A DNA stretch of 64,000 bases, taken from assembly GCA_963662465.1 (NCBI GenBank), contig OY759599.1, forward strand, positions 1,472,001-1,536,000. The letters run 5' to 3'. Made by a program: the position numbers and the translations under genes. Below are positions 27,034 through 37,524 of this stretch, piece after piece. Positions within the stretch are counted from its first letter, which is position 1, and each line of letters opens with the position of its first letter. The stretch comes from Desulfatiglandales bacterium (GTDB lineage: Bacteria; Desulfobacterota; DSM-4660; Desulfatiglandales; Desulfatiglandaceae). The notes below the pieces were generated by a model. The model made no database searches. It saw only the letters and a list, made by a program, of their open reading frames with translations, and was not told the DNA's origin.

Positions 27034-27666
27034 TTGGAAATACACCTGCCATTATATAGCGGATTGCTCCTGGGGTTTGCCGCCGGCGTGGCGCCGGGTC
27101 CCTTATTGACCCTGGTGGTCTCTCAAACCCTGACCCACGGCGTAAGGGAAGGCTGCAAGGTTGCCGCGGCGCCGCTGATGACCGATTTGCCCATTATCCT
27201 GTTGGCCCTTTGGATCGGCAGCGCGCTGGCTGCCAGGCCTCTCCCTCTGGGCATTCTTTCTATGGCAGGCGCCTGCTATATCGGCTTTTTGGCCTGGGAG
27301 AGTCTCAACATCAAAATGGCGGATCAAACCGATGCCCGGGCGGCGAAATCCATGACCAGGGGCATTATGACCAACCTGCTCAATCCACACCCTTATCTCT
27401 TTTGGATCACCGTGGGCACGCCCTTGCTTTTAAAGACCTGGGATTCCGGCCCCCTTGGCGCCGGGCTCTGGCTATTGGGTTTTTATTTGATGCTCGTGGG
27501 CGCCAAAATTGGAATCTCCATCCTGGTGGGCTATTCACGAAAGTTTCTTTATGGGCGCGCATATTTGTGGTTGAATCGCATTCTGGGATTGGTTCTGTTT
27601 TTCTTTGCCCTGAACCTGGCTAAAGATGGGTTGACGCTTATCATGACCGCCTTTCCAGGGAAATAG
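27034..27666 (+). CDS. LysE family transporter
   Basis: APGPLL, NLLNPHPYLFW, multiple TM. Confidence 0.9.
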   Translation: MEIHLPLYSGLLLGFAAGVAPGPLLTLVVSQTLTHGVREGCKVAAAPLMTDLPIILLALWIGSALAARPLPLGILSMAGACYIGFLAWESLNIKMADQTDARAAKSMTRGIMTNLLNPHPYLFWITVGTPLLLKTWDSGPLGAGLWLLGFYLMLVGAKIGISILVGYSRKFLYGRAYLWLNRILGLVLFFFALNLAKDGLTLIMTAFPGK

Positions 27667-27723
27667 ATCGAGGATTATCCGGTCGAGGTCTTTCACCGGA
27701 TCAGCATGAATTGGGAATTATAA

Positions 27724-28668
27724 ATGGAATTTGCCTCTTGCAACAGATTGATGCAAAACATATCGAAAGTGATGATCGGCAAAAAGGAAACCATCGAATC
27801 ACTGCTGGTTGCCTTGATCGGCGGCGGGCATGTGTTGATTGAGGATGTCCCGGGGGTCGGCAAAACACTGATTGCCAAAACCCTTGCCAAAAGCATCGGT
27901 GGGGTATTTAAACGGATTCAGTTTACGCCCGATCTGCTTCCGGCGGATATTACCGGTTTCAATGTCTACAACCAGCAAACCGCCGCATTCACGTTTCAGC
28001 CGGGTCCCGTGATGGCCAATGTGTTGCTGGCGGACGAAATCAACCGCACGGTCCCCAGAACCCAGGCCAGTCTCCTGGAAAGCATGGAAGAGCACCAGGT
28101 GACGGTGGACGGCGCCACCCGGAAACTTCCCGAACCCTTTTTTGTAATGGCCACCCAGAATCCCATTGAACTGGAAGGGACCTTCCCGTTGCCTGAAGCG
28201 CAGCTGGACCGTTTTCTGCTCAAAATAAATCTCGGGTATCCCAATCCCGACGAAGAGATCGACATCATGGAACGGTTCCAGGAAGATGATCCCCTTCTTT
28301 CCCTGACGCCGGTGCTGCATCCATCCGATATTGTGAGCATGCAGGAAAAACGAAAAAAGATCACGGCAGCTCGGCCCATAAAACGCTATATTGCGGAAAT
28401 TGTGGGTGCGACGCGAAACAGCGCGCATTTCCGATTCGGCGCAAGTCCCCGGGGGTCCCTGGGGTTGATGCGGGCTGCCCAGGCGTTGGCTGCCGTTCGC
28501 GGCAGGGATTATGTGCTTCCCGATGACGTTAAACACCTGGCCATACCGGTGCTGGCGCATCGTCTGATATTGAAGGATCAGGAAAAATTAAAGGGCGAGT
28601 CCGCAACGGAATTCCTCCAGAAAATAGTGGAAAGCACTCCGGTGCCGGTCCATGAAAGTCAGGTCTGA
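27724..28668 (+). CDS. moxR: MoxR family AAA+ ATPase
   Basis: DVPGVGKT, RIQFTPDLLPADITG, DEINR, ATQNPIE. Confidence 0.95.
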   Translation: MEFASCNRLMQNISKVMIGKKETIESLLVALIGGGHVLIEDVPGVGKTLIAKTLAKSIGGVFKRIQFTPDLLPADITGFNVYNQQTAAFTFQPGPVMANVLLADEINRTVPRTQASLLESMEEHQVTVDGATRKLPEPFFVMATQNPIELEGTFPLPEAQLDRFLLKINLGYPNPDEEIDIMERFQEDDPLLSLTPVLHPSDIVSMQEKRKKITAARPIKRYIAEIVGATRNSAHFRFGASPRGSLGLMRAAQALAAVRGRDYVLPDDVKHLAIPVLAHRLILKDQEKLKGESATEFLQKIVESTPVPVHESQV

Positions 28669-30841
28669 GATGTTTTCAATCATACCCAAAGACGATGCCC
28701 GACAGGCATTGCGAGTCCGGCGGAACCTCCTGGCTATCGGCATGGCCGGCGTGCATCTGATGATGTGCTGTGCCATGTATTATCGAGGGCTTTTCCGGAT
28801 TTCATTCACTGAATTTATCGTTTTCAATATCTTCCTGTGGATCGGGCACTTTTCCATCTTCGCTATCATCAGAACCGGGTTCAGCCAGCGGTTCTTCGAC
28901 CCGAGCCTGACCTTCGCGCAAATATTATGGACGGCAAGCTGCGTTATGTTGACGGCCTACTTTCTCAACGACTTGCGTCCGGTGGTCCTGATGCTGTTCC
29001 TTGTGGGAATGCTCTTTGGTTTTATGCGTCTGAATTTCAGGGAATTCATTTTTCTGAGTCTTTATGCCGTCATCCTGTACGGAGCGGTAATCGGTCTTCT
29101 GTACCGGTTTCATCCACGGGCTATTGACGTGGGAAAGGAGATTGTTGTGTGGTGTTCCTTTTCCCTCGTCACATTCTGTTTTGCATTGATGGGACGTGAA
29201 GTCAGCCGGATGAGGGAAGCACTGCGCGCCCAAAATATTCAGTTGAGCGGGGAAATCAGCGAGAGAAAACGGGCTCAAGAGGAGTTGCAGTTTAAGAAGG
29301 CATATTTTGAGGGGCTGGTGGACAATATGCCGGACGGCATTGCCATATTCGATGATGAAGGGATCATTACGGAGATCAACCCCCAGTTCATGGAGATGTT
29401 TGGATACCTGGAGGAAGAGGCCCTGGGGAAGCACATCAGCGAGCTTGTGGGGCCGCCGGATCGATCTAAAGAAGTCAACGCTTACCGGCGGGAAATCGCT
29501 TCGGGCCAATCGCTGAATGTGGAAACGGTTCGCATGAAAAAGGATGGCGCGCGGATCGACGTATCCTTACGGTCCGCCCCCATTGTCGTTGACAATGCGC
29601 GAGTGGGACGTTTTGTCATTTACCGGGACATCTCCCCCAGAAAACAGGCTGAAAGCGAAAGAGCCAGGCTGGAATCCCAACTTCAGCAGTCCCGGAAAAT
29701 GGAGGCCATCGCCACCCTGGCCGGGGGGATTGCTCATAAATTCAATAACGCCCTGACGCCCATCATGGGGCATATCGGCCTTCTTGAAATGAAATATGAT
29801 GAGGACGAGGAAACAGCCGCAAGCCTGGCGGATATGAAGGCCGCGAGTCGTCATGTGGCGCATCTGACCAGCCAACTGCTGGCCTATGCCAAGGGCGGAA
29901 AATACCAGTCTCGGACCGTGTCCCTGAGCGATTTTGTGCAGGGGGCCTTGCCTTTAATCCGACCGTCCCTGGATTCACGGGTGCGGTTGGATACGGATCT
30001 GCCGGCAACCACAATGGACGTTAAAATAGATCCCACCCAGATGCAGATGGTACTGTCGGCCGTCGTGGCCAATGCCAATGATGCTATTGAGGGAAAAGGG
30101 CGTATCCGGATTTTGGTGGGAGATGCGCAACTTGACGAGGCCTTTGTAAAGGTTCATCCGGGGTTTGAGCCCGGCGCCTACGTGGCCCTTACGGTAGAGG
30201 ATGATGGCAAAGGCATGGATAAAGAAACCCAAACCAGGATTTTTGAGCCTTTTTTTACCACCCACTTCATTGGTCGGGGCCTTGGCATGGCGGCGGTTTA
30301 CGGCATTGTCACCAACCATGGCGGCAGCATCACCGTGGATTCGGAATTGGAAAAAGGGACCACTGTCAGGATCTATCTGCCGGCGGTAAGCGTGGGAAGC
30401 CGGAACCTCGGGATGAAACCCGCCGGAGAACCCATTGCGAAACCGGTCATGGGCCGGGGAAACATCCTGGTCATAGAAGATGAAGCGTCGGTAATGCAAT
30501 TGACCCGTGCCGTACTGGAAAGGCTGGGGTACGGTGTTTTCGAAGCCGAAACCGGGAAAAAGGCCGTTGAGACGGCCCGTGACCTTAATGTGAAGATTGA
30601 CCTGGTTCTCCTGGATATCAAACTGCCAGATATGACGGGGAACCAGCTGTATCCACTCATCATGGAAGCCAGACCGGATATGAAGGTGCTTGTCTGCAGC
30701 GGCTACTCTCTGGACGGTCCCGCTCAGGAGATCCTGAATGCCGGGGCCGAGGGGTTTGTTCAGAAGCCGTTTTCCATAGCGACACTGTCCGCGAAGTTGA
30801 AGCAGTTGTTGGGTAACACGGTCCATGAAAATCAGTCCTGA
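28652..30841 (+). CDS. Multi-TM PAS hybrid histidine kinase
   Basis: TM N-terminus, PAS, AHKFNN, GRGLG, REC; start may be 28670. Confidence 0.9.
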   Translation: MKVRSEMFSIIPKDDARQALRVRRNLLAIGMAGVHLMMCCAMYYRGLFRISFTEFIVFNIFLWIGHFSIFAIIRTGFSQRFFDPSLTFAQILWTASCVMLTAYFLNDLRPVVLMLFLVGMLFGFMRLNFREFIFLSLYAVILYGAVIGLLYRFHPRAIDVGKEIVVWCSFSLVTFCFALMGREVSRMREALRAQNIQLSGEISERKRAQEELQFKKAYFEGLVDNMPDGIAIFDDEGIITEINPQFMEMFGYLEEEALGKHISELVGPPDRSKEVNAYRREIASGQSLNVETVRMKKDGARIDVSLRSAPIVVDNARVGRFVIYRDISPRKQAESERARLESQLQQSRKMEAIATLAGGIAHKFNNALTPIMGHIGLLEMKYDEDEETAASLADMKAASRHVAHLTSQLLAYAKGGKYQSRTVSLSDFVQGALPLIRPSLDSRVRLDTDLPATTMDVKIDPTQMQMVLSAVVANANDAIEGKGRIRILVGDAQLDEAFVKVHPGFEPGAYVALTVEDDGKGMDKETQTRIFEPFFTTHFIGRGLGMAAVYGIVTNHGGSITVDSELEKGTTVRIYLPAVSVGSRNLGMKPAGEPIAKPVMGRGNILVIEDEASVMQLTRAVLERLGYGVFEAETGKKAVETARDLNVKIDLVLLDIKLPDMTGNQLYPLIMEARPDMKVLVCSGYSLDGPAQEILNAGAEGFVQKPFSIATLSAKLKQLLGNTVHENQS

Positions 30842-32018
30842 GTGGGAACGAAATCCGGATACCTTTTCCAACGGTATCTTTTTTACCGCCTTCTGTTTGG
30901 CTTTTATGGCATTGGCCCTGTTTTTCGCATTGTTGCGACATCAAACTGATCTGACCCTGTTTGCGTTGGTGGTGATCATGATGGGCGTCGGATTGAGGCT
31001 CTGGAGTTCATTCAGCACCCACGGGTTGACGTACCGGGTTCAGATTGACAAACGGAAGGTGTTTCCCGGGGAGAAGATCGATTTCGCGCTCACCATCGAG
31101 AACCATAAACGCCTGCCGGTTCTGGCTAAAATCAGGCTGAATCTTCCTCGATCCCTGGTCTCCGGGAACGGGGATTTGCGCATCAGTGAAAACCGCGGCA
31201 TTCTTTGGCATCAGAAGATATCCTTTCATCGGGAATTGTCGCCGATCAAAAGAGGGTTCTACAAGACCGGGTCGGCACAATTGATAACGGGGGATTTTTT
31301 CGGCTTCTTCCCCAGGCCCACCCGGGAGCAGCAGGAAATGGATATCCTGGTATTTCCCCGGCTGATACCCCTTAAACCCTTTCCCATCCTGAAGCGAATC
31401 CTGTTTGGAAAGCAGGCGAACGTGAGCCCCATACACGACCCCATCCATATCCTGGGGACCCGGGACTACCAGAGTTTCAGTCCGGCCGGCAATATCCATT
31501 GGAAAGCCACAGCACGCCATCACAAACTGCAGGAAAAGATATTTGAAGTTACGGAGCAGGAAAAAGTCTTCATCATCCTTGAAGCCGAGGGATTTTTGCA
31601 TCAAGCGGATGAGGCGGCCTTTGAGCGCGTCATTGAAGTGATTGCGGCATTGTCCTTTGAAATGGATGCGCGTCACTATGCCGTCGGGTTTCTGACAAAT
31701 GGTTTCATGAATGACGGGGGACCGCAACTGTTGCCGGCGGCGCGAAATTCGGGCCACATTTCAGATCTTTTTGAAATGCTGGCAAAAATCGATTTTAAAG
31801 TGACCTGCAAAATGAATGATTTGCTACAAAGGACATTATATGCTTTTGCCGGAACGGTTTGTTTGTATTTTTCATATAAGCCGCCGGCTGAATCCTTTCC
31901 CTTAGCGCCCCTGATGAACATCATTGCACAACGTCGTTGCGCAGATCCGGCCACGGATAAGGACGGCAATCCCACGTTTTCTCACGGGTATCTTGAGGAT
32001 CTTTACGAGGCGCCCTGA
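30825..32018 (+). CDS. DUF58 domain protein (MoxR partner)
   Basis: GDFFG, RDYQ...IHWKATAR. Confidence 0.88.
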   Translation: MKISPEWERNPDTFSNGIFFTAFCLAFMALALFFALLRHQTDLTLFALVVIMMGVGLRLWSSFSTHGLTYRVQIDKRKVFPGEKIDFALTIENHKRLPVLAKIRLNLPRSLVSGNGDLRISENRGILWHQKISFHRELSPIKRGFYKTGSAQLITGDFFGFFPRPTREQQEMDILVFPRLIPLKPFPILKRILFGKQANVSPIHDPIHILGTRDYQSFSPAGNIHWKATARHHKLQEKIFEVTEQEKVFIILEAEGFLHQADEAAFERVIEVIAALSFEMDARHYAVGFLTNGFMNDGGPQLLPAARNSGHISDLFEMLAKIDFKVTCKMNDLLQRTLYAFAGTVCLYFSYKPPAESFPLAPLMNIIAQRRCADPATDKDGNPTFSHGYLEDLYEAP

Positions 32019-32019
32019 G

Positions 32020-33426
32020 ATGAAAAGAAGATCGGGAAATCATCTCCTGTTTGCTGCGGGCGCCGGGATGGAGTTATGCTGGTTGCAGGCCTGGACCGCA
32101 TTTATGTTGCATGCCATTTTTAACTACAACACCCCTTTATTATTCCTGCTCTCAATTTACGGCTGCGGCCTGATCACGAATTCTTTCTGCTATTTCCGGC
32201 AACGGATCCGGCTTCAGGTGTTCGTGATCAAACTCGTTGTTTTCCCGGCTTCCGTTCTGGCAGCCACCCGGTTTTTGTTTTACCATAACGGCGATGCCTT
32301 TCCTTTGAGCTTATCCCGATTGTTCAACGGCCATAAATCATTTGAGGAGTGGGGCCTGATCCTGACCATCGTGCTGATGGCGGGCCTCACTTGGAAAAGA
32401 AGCACCCGCCACGTGGTTACCCCTTTGAATTCGGAAAATGTCTACCACCGCTTCGACTTGGGGGTTGCCGCGTTGTTTGCTTTGATGGTACTCAAACTGT
32501 TCCTTTCCGCCAGATTCGGGCTGGATATCGTTTACCCGGATTTGAAAACCCTGTTTTTCCCATTTTTTCTCTTTGGGTTATTGGTCATTGGCTTGGTGTT
32601 GAGCCCCGAAAAAGAAAACAGGTCATATGATTCCGGGTTTCAGAAGATCGGGATTGTTCTGAGTTTCGTGGTTGCGGCGCTTTTCGGGGGATTGGGATTG
32701 GTTTTTTGGTTTCGCTCTCAACTGACCGTTTCGGCCGAAGTGCTCTCCGGTGTTTTGAAAAAAGCGGGTCCGCCCCTGGAAGGCGCCGTTATCTGGTTCG
32801 TACGGCTTTTATGGGCGCCAAGGAGCAGCCATGAACTGCCGCCGCCTTCATCCATTCCGGGCGGGCAAAACGCTTACGGCGACCTTACGCATGGTTCTAT
32901 TGAAACCGGCTGGTTGACCGCCGCCATCAAATGGGGAACCACCGCGTTAGTAATAGTGATGCTTCTGGTTGCCGTCTATTTATTGATGCGTTATTTGATC
33001 AGATTCCTGTTGACCCCAACCCAACCGATGAACCTGCGGATTTCCGGGCCATTTGATTGGCGAAAACGGCTGTACCGGCTTAAAGCCATGATGTTCCGAT
33101 TCTTCAACCGGATCATGGCCCTGACCCGGGGGGACAACTCGGGCGCCGATTTATTCAAAACCTTGACGTCATGGGGTCGAAGAAGCGGCATCCCCTATCA
33201 AAAAACCGATACCCCAACGGAGTACGGCGCTCGACTGTCATCGTATTTTCCATATTTAGAAAACGAAATCAATATGATCATCAATCTAGTTCAACAAGAG
33301 ATTTATGGTGAGATCAAACCCAACCCCAGCCGGATTGCTTCGGGAAGAAACGCCAAAAAGAGACTGCGATATCCTGAGTTCTGGAAAAACAGGATGAAAA
33401 CCTGGTTATTCTCACCAAGGAAGTAA
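32020..33426 (+). CDS. Membrane protein, probable C-terminal DUF4129
   Basis: Many TM segments; TPTEYGARL; follows DUF58. Confidence 0.7.
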   Translation: MKRRSGNHLLFAAGAGMELCWLQAWTAFMLHAIFNYNTPLLFLLSIYGCGLITNSFCYFRQRIRLQVFVIKLVVFPASVLAATRFLFYHNGDAFPLSLSRLFNGHKSFEEWGLILTIVLMAGLTWKRSTRHVVTPLNSENVYHRFDLGVAALFALMVLKLFLSARFGLDIVYPDLKTLFFPFFLFGLLVIGLVLSPEKENRSYDSGFQKIGIVLSFVVAALFGGLGLVFWFRSQLTVSAEVLSGVLKKAGPPLEGAVIWFVRLLWAPRSSHELPPPSSIPGGQNAYGDLTHGSIETGWLTAAIKWGTTALVIVMLLVAVYLLMRYLIRFLLTPTQPMNLRISGPFDWRKRLYRLKAMMFRFFNRIMALTRGDNSGADLFKTLTSWGRRSGIPYQKTDTPTEYGARLSSYFPYLENEINMIINLVQQEIYGEIKPNPSRIASGRNAKKRLRYPEFWKNRMKTWLFSPRK

Positions 33427-33440
33427 AAGGGGTTTGGTAT

Positions 33441-35675
33441 TTAAACCGACTCGACCGCCGACAGTTCCGCCGAAACCAATCGAAGACGTCGGCTCAACCC
33501 CTTTGCCATGGCGTGCAGGATACGTGAGCCGATCATGGCATCTTTCATCATGAGCCTCTCCAATTCATCCATTTGCAGCACGTAGAGTTCGCAGTCCTCA
33601 TCGGCCACGGCACGGGCGGAGCGAACCGAATTTTCGAGCAGGGCCATTTCACCGAAATAGAGGCCGGGTCCCAGGCTTATGAACCGTGTATTTTTGTCGG
33701 ATCCGGCGGATCCGAGAATACTCACATACCCGCAAGTGATGAAAAACAGCGAATCTCCGGGCTCACCCTCCTCGAAAATGGTTTCCCCGGCACGGTAATG
33801 TTTTTTGTGCATAACTTCTTTGACCTGGGCCTGTTGTTCAGCATCCAGATTACTCAGCAGTGCGAAATCAGAAAAATCCCGGCGACAATGGAGACTGGCG
33901 GCTTGGGCGCCATGTTTTTCAATCAACCGGTTTTCGGCGGCCTCCAGCGCGCGATCCACATCGGGAAAAATATTTTTTTCGCCAACGCTTTCCATAACCC
34001 CTAAATCCTTCAAATAGAGGATCAGCTTTTCGCGCCTGCCGGCGCCGAAGGAGAGGCTCGAAATCATGAAGGTTTCTCCGTTTTGTTTCACGTCGTCGCA
34101 GATTCTCTTGATCAATTCCGCCCCGGTAATGTCGATAGTATCCACCCGCTTAAGATCAAAGATGATAATTTGGGTCCCCTCCATTTCTCCTTGAACATCA
34201 TCGGATAGTTTGTCCGCTGTTCCGAAAAATAGGTTCCCGGACAGTTCATAGACCAGGATCTGACGGCCATGTTCCATCAACACCGCTGATTCCGCCTCGG
34301 TACGGACCCGTTTGGAATGGATTTTGTTGCAACGAAACTTCTTTCGGTAAACCTTGGCGCCAATCAGTTCTTTGAGGAAAAGGAAAGCCGAAATCATCAA
34401 TCCGATCCCCACGGCAATCATCAGATCCAGCACCACGGTGATGAGGGTCACCACGCCCACCACGAGAAGGTCCTTGAATGCCGTCTTTTTCCGTACCAGG
34501 CTGAGGCTGTAGGTGTCGAGCATGGAAACGGCGGTAACGATCAAGATAGCGGCCAGGACGCACATGGGAATCCACCCTGCCGCCGACCCTAGAATAACGA
34601 GGATGAACAGCAGAACAAGGCCGTGAAGAACCCCCGAAAGCCGGGTTCTGCCGCCATTCTGGATATTGACGACGGTCCTGACGGTGGCGCCTGCGCCGGA
34701 TATGCCACCGAAAATGGCGCTGACCGCGTTCCCGATGCCCTGACCGAAAAGTTCTCGATTGGAATGATGTTTGGTTTTGGTGCTGACGTCCGCCACCAGG
34801 GACGTGAGAAGGGCGTCGATGGCCCCCAGAATGCCCAGGGTTATTGCCGGGGCAAGGAATGCGGCCGGATATTGAACGATGAGTGTCAGGATATCCGTAA
34901 AAGAGATGGAGAGAAAACCAAGGGGAATGGGGAATCCTGTGGGGATGGCGCCGATGATGAAGGGATTTCCTTCAAAACGGGCAAATTCCGGCACAAGGGT
35001 TTTCCCCAGAAGGAGATAAAGACCGGTCCCCAGGATCAACCCCACCAGGGATGCGGGTATTTTCCGGGTAATTTTGTCTGAAATGAGGATGGCGGCAATG
35101 GTTATAACCCCGATTCCCAGCAGGGGAAGACTGCCCACGGCATTATCCAGCAGCACGGGTGAAAAAATGCCGGTGTCGTTAAAGAACAGTTTCATGCCCA
35201 GGATCGGCGCTACCTGGCCCAGAAAAATAATTACGGCAATGCCGTTCATGAACCCGGCAATAACAGGGTAGGGGATAAACTTGATGAGGGTGCCGCAACG
35301 CAGGATTCCCATCAGCACCTGAACCAGGCCGCCCAGGAAAACGATGACCGCCGTGAGGGTAATAACGGCGGCAAGGGGATCCTGCTGCTCCAGAATAGCG
35401 GGGTGTTTCATAAGCGTCGCGATGAACTCGGTGATAACCACGGTCATGGGTCCCGTGGGCCCCGTGATCTGGCTGGCGGTACCGCCGAATATGGCGGCAA
35501 ATATCCCGGTAAAGATGGCCCCGTACATGCCGGCGGCAGCGCCCCTTGCCAGGGCTTCAGGGGTTCCGATGGAAGCAAAGGCAGATACCCCGAAGGCCAG
35601 TGCCAGGGGAAGGGCAATGACCGCGGCGGAAATGCCGCCGGAAATATCGCCTTTGATATTGTTGAACATGGACAC
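33441..35675 (-). CDS. SulP anion transporter with STAS and cNMP-binding domains
   Basis: GPTGPM, FIPYPVIAGF, GNLFFG, FGEMALL...RSA. Confidence 0.93.
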   Translation of the reverse strand: MSMFNNIKGDISGGISAAVIALPLALAFGVSAFASIGTPEALARGAAAGMYGAIFTGIFAAIFGGTASQITGPTGPMTVVITEFIATLMKHPAILEQQDPLAAVITLTAVIVFLGGLVQVLMGILRCGTLIKFIPYPVIAGFMNGIAVIIFLGQVAPILGMKLFFNDTGIFSPVLLDNAVGSLPLLGIGVITIAAILISDKITRKIPASLVGLILGTGLYLLLGKTLVPEFARFEGNPFIIGAIPTGFPIPLGFLSISFTDILTLIVQYPAAFLAPAITLGILGAIDALLTSLVADVSTKTKHHSNRELFGQGIGNAVSAIFGGISGAGATVRTVVNIQNGGRTRLSGVLHGLVLLFILVILGSAAGWIPMCVLAAILIVTAVSMLDTYSLSLVRKKTAFKDLLVVGVVTLITVVLDLMIAVGIGLMISAFLFLKELIGAKVYRKKFRCNKIHSKRVRTEAESAVLMEHGRQILVYELSGNLFFGTADKLSDDVQGEMEGTQIIIFDLKRVDTIDITGAELIKRICDDVKQNGETFMISSLSFGAGRREKLILYLKDLGVMESVGEKNIFPDVDRALEAAENRLIEKHGAQAASLHCRRDFSDFALLSNLDAEQQAQVKEVMHKKHYRAGETIFEEGEPGDSLFFITCGYVSILGSAGSDKNTRFISLGPGLYFGEMALLENSVRSARAVADEDCELYVLQMDELERLMMKDAMIGSRILHAMAKGLSRRLRLVSAELSAVESV

Positions 35676-35708
35676 TTTATGCCTCCCTGAGTTTGGATGC
35701 AGGTAAAA

Positions 35709-36296
35709 TCAGGTGGGTTGGGGGAGCGCCGTTTCGTTGATTTTTTTCCATAATTCCGCCACACCCTGCCGGGTGAGAGAGGAAAAAATGATGGGCGGGG
35801 AAAATGAGACCGCCTTCAAGCCGTCGACAATGAGCCTGGCCCTGTTTTGTATTTTCTGGCGAGAGATTTTATCCGCCTTGGTTAGTACGATGATGGGTTC
35901 AATGTGATAGTAATTCAACCAGTTGATGAGGCTTTCATCTCCGGCGGACGGGTCCCTGCGAATGTCCAGAATGACCACCACGGCCTTCAGGGTTTCCCGG
36001 GTTCGAAGGTAGTCCTCCACCATTTGGCCCCAGGATGCCTTGACCTTGGTGGGCACCCGGGCAAACCCGTACCCGGGCAGATCCACCAGATAAAGGGTCT
36101 TGCCGAAGCGGAAAAAATTAATGGCCTGGGTCCTGCCGGGGGTGCTGCTGGTCCTGGCCAGTTTTCGTCGGTTGACAAGGGTGTTGAGCAGACTGGATTT
36201 TCCCACGTTGGATTTCCCCGCAAAAGCGACCTCGGGCCTGTCGGGGGGCGGATAATGTTGTTCTTTGAAAGCGCTTTTGATGAATTCAACATCCAT
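35709..36296 (-). CDS. engB: Ribosome biogenesis GTPase EngB/YihA
   Basis: GKSNVGKSS, DLPGYG, TKADK. Confidence 0.96.
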   Translation of the reverse strand: MDVEFIKSAFKEQHYPPPDRPEVAFAGKSNVGKSSLLNTLVNRRKLARTSSTPGRTQAINFFRFGKTLYLVDLPGYGFARVPTKVKASWGQMVEDYLRTRETLKAVVVILDIRRDPSAGDESLINWLNYYHIEPIIVLTKADKISRQKIQNRARLIVDGLKAVSFSPPIIFSSLTRQGVAELWKKINETALPQPT

Positions 36297-37443
36297 GGGT
36301 TCTGCTCTTTAAAAAACGTTCAATCCGGTTCAAGCCCTCTTTGATATTTTCAAGGGAATTGGCGTAAGAAAACCGGATATACCCTTCGGCGTTTTGTCCG
36401 AAGTCGATGCCGGGCGTTACGCCCACGTTCGCTTTTTCAAGGATTTCGAAGGCCAGGTCGTAGGAACTCTCCGTCAGGTGACGGGCATTGGCCAAAATAT
36501 AAAAGGCCCCGGCCGGTTCCACGGCGATGCCGAAACCTAAACTCCGAATCCGCTCGATCATGTATTTCCGACGTTCGTCATACACGCGCCGCATCCGTTC
36601 AACATCCTCATGGGCCTGTGTTAGGGCGGCAATACCGGCCCATTGGGAAACACTCCCGGCGGAGATAAAAAAATTCTGCTGCACCTTCTGCATGGGCCGG
36701 ATAAAGGCCGGCGGTGCGATGAGGTAGCCCAGGCGCCATCCGGTCATGGCGAAGATTTTGGAAAAGCCGTTCAGCACAAAGGCATTGTCCGTGAATTCAA
36801 GAATGGAATGCTCTTTTTCGCCATACACCAGACCGTGATAGATTTCATCGGATATGATGGGCGGACCCAAGGCCGCGATTTCCTGCATCCTCTCCTTTGA
36901 AAGGAGGTTCCCGGTAGGATTGGACGGCGAGTTAATGAGGATGGCGCGGGTTTTAGGACTTAACCGCTTTTTGACGTGTTCCGGCCGAAGCTGAAAACCA
37001 TCTTCCTCATATCCCTTGACACGGACAGGGGCGGCCCCCAGAAAATCCGCGAAGTTCGGATAGCAGGGATAATGGGGGTCACTCATGATCACCTCGTCGC
37101 CCGCTTCAAGGAGAGCGGAAAAAACCATGAAAAGGGCAGGGGAGGTCCCCGACGTCACAAGGATACGGTCAGGATCGATACTGGTGCTGTACTTTTTGTG
37201 GTGGTATTCACAGATGGCTTCCCTCAGCGGCAAAATCCCCAGGCTGTGGGTGTAATGGGTTTCACCCCTGCGAATGGCCTCGTGGGCCGCCTCGCAGATG
37301 CAGTCGGGCGTCGTGAAGTCCGGCTCTCCGATTTCCAGATGAATGATATCCCGTCCCGCTCTTTCAAGTTCGTGCGCTCTTTCCAGCACGTCCATGACGA
37401 TGAAGGGGGGAATGTTTTTTGTCCTTGCGGCAATTCTATTCAT
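36286..37443 (-). CDS. Class I/II PLP-dependent aminotransferase
   Basis: GEPDF, NPTG, DEIY, FSKIFAMTGWRLG. Confidence 0.93.
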   Translation of the reverse strand: MNRIAARTKNIPPFIVMDVLERAHELERAGRDIIHLEIGEPDFTTPDCICEAAHEAIRRGETHYTHSLGILPLREAICEYHHKKYSTSIDPDRILVTSGTSPALFMVFSALLEAGDEVIMSDPHYPCYPNFADFLGAAPVRVKGYEEDGFQLRPEHVKKRLSPKTRAILINSPSNPTGNLLSKERMQEIAALGPPIISDEIYHGLVYGEKEHSILEFTDNAFVLNGFSKIFAMTGWRLGYLIAPPAFIRPMQKVQQNFFISAGSVSQWAGIAALTQAHEDVERMRRVYDERRKYMIERIRSLGFGIAVEPAGAFYILANARHLTESSYDLAFEILEKANVGVTPGIDFGQNAEGYIRFSYANSLENIKEGLNRIERFLKSRTHGC

Positions 37444-37488
37444 AAAATGGCATCTCGACTTAAATTCGGGCATTAAGCCCTTGACGGG

Positions 37489-37516
37489 AAAACTTAAAAC
37501 TTAAAACCTAAAACTG
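37489..37516. repeat. Four 7-bp tandem repeats (AAAACTT-like)
   Basis: aaaactt aaaactt aaaacct aaaactg between hisG and the aminotransferase. Confidence 0.8.
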
Positions 37517-37524
37517 CGGTTGCT

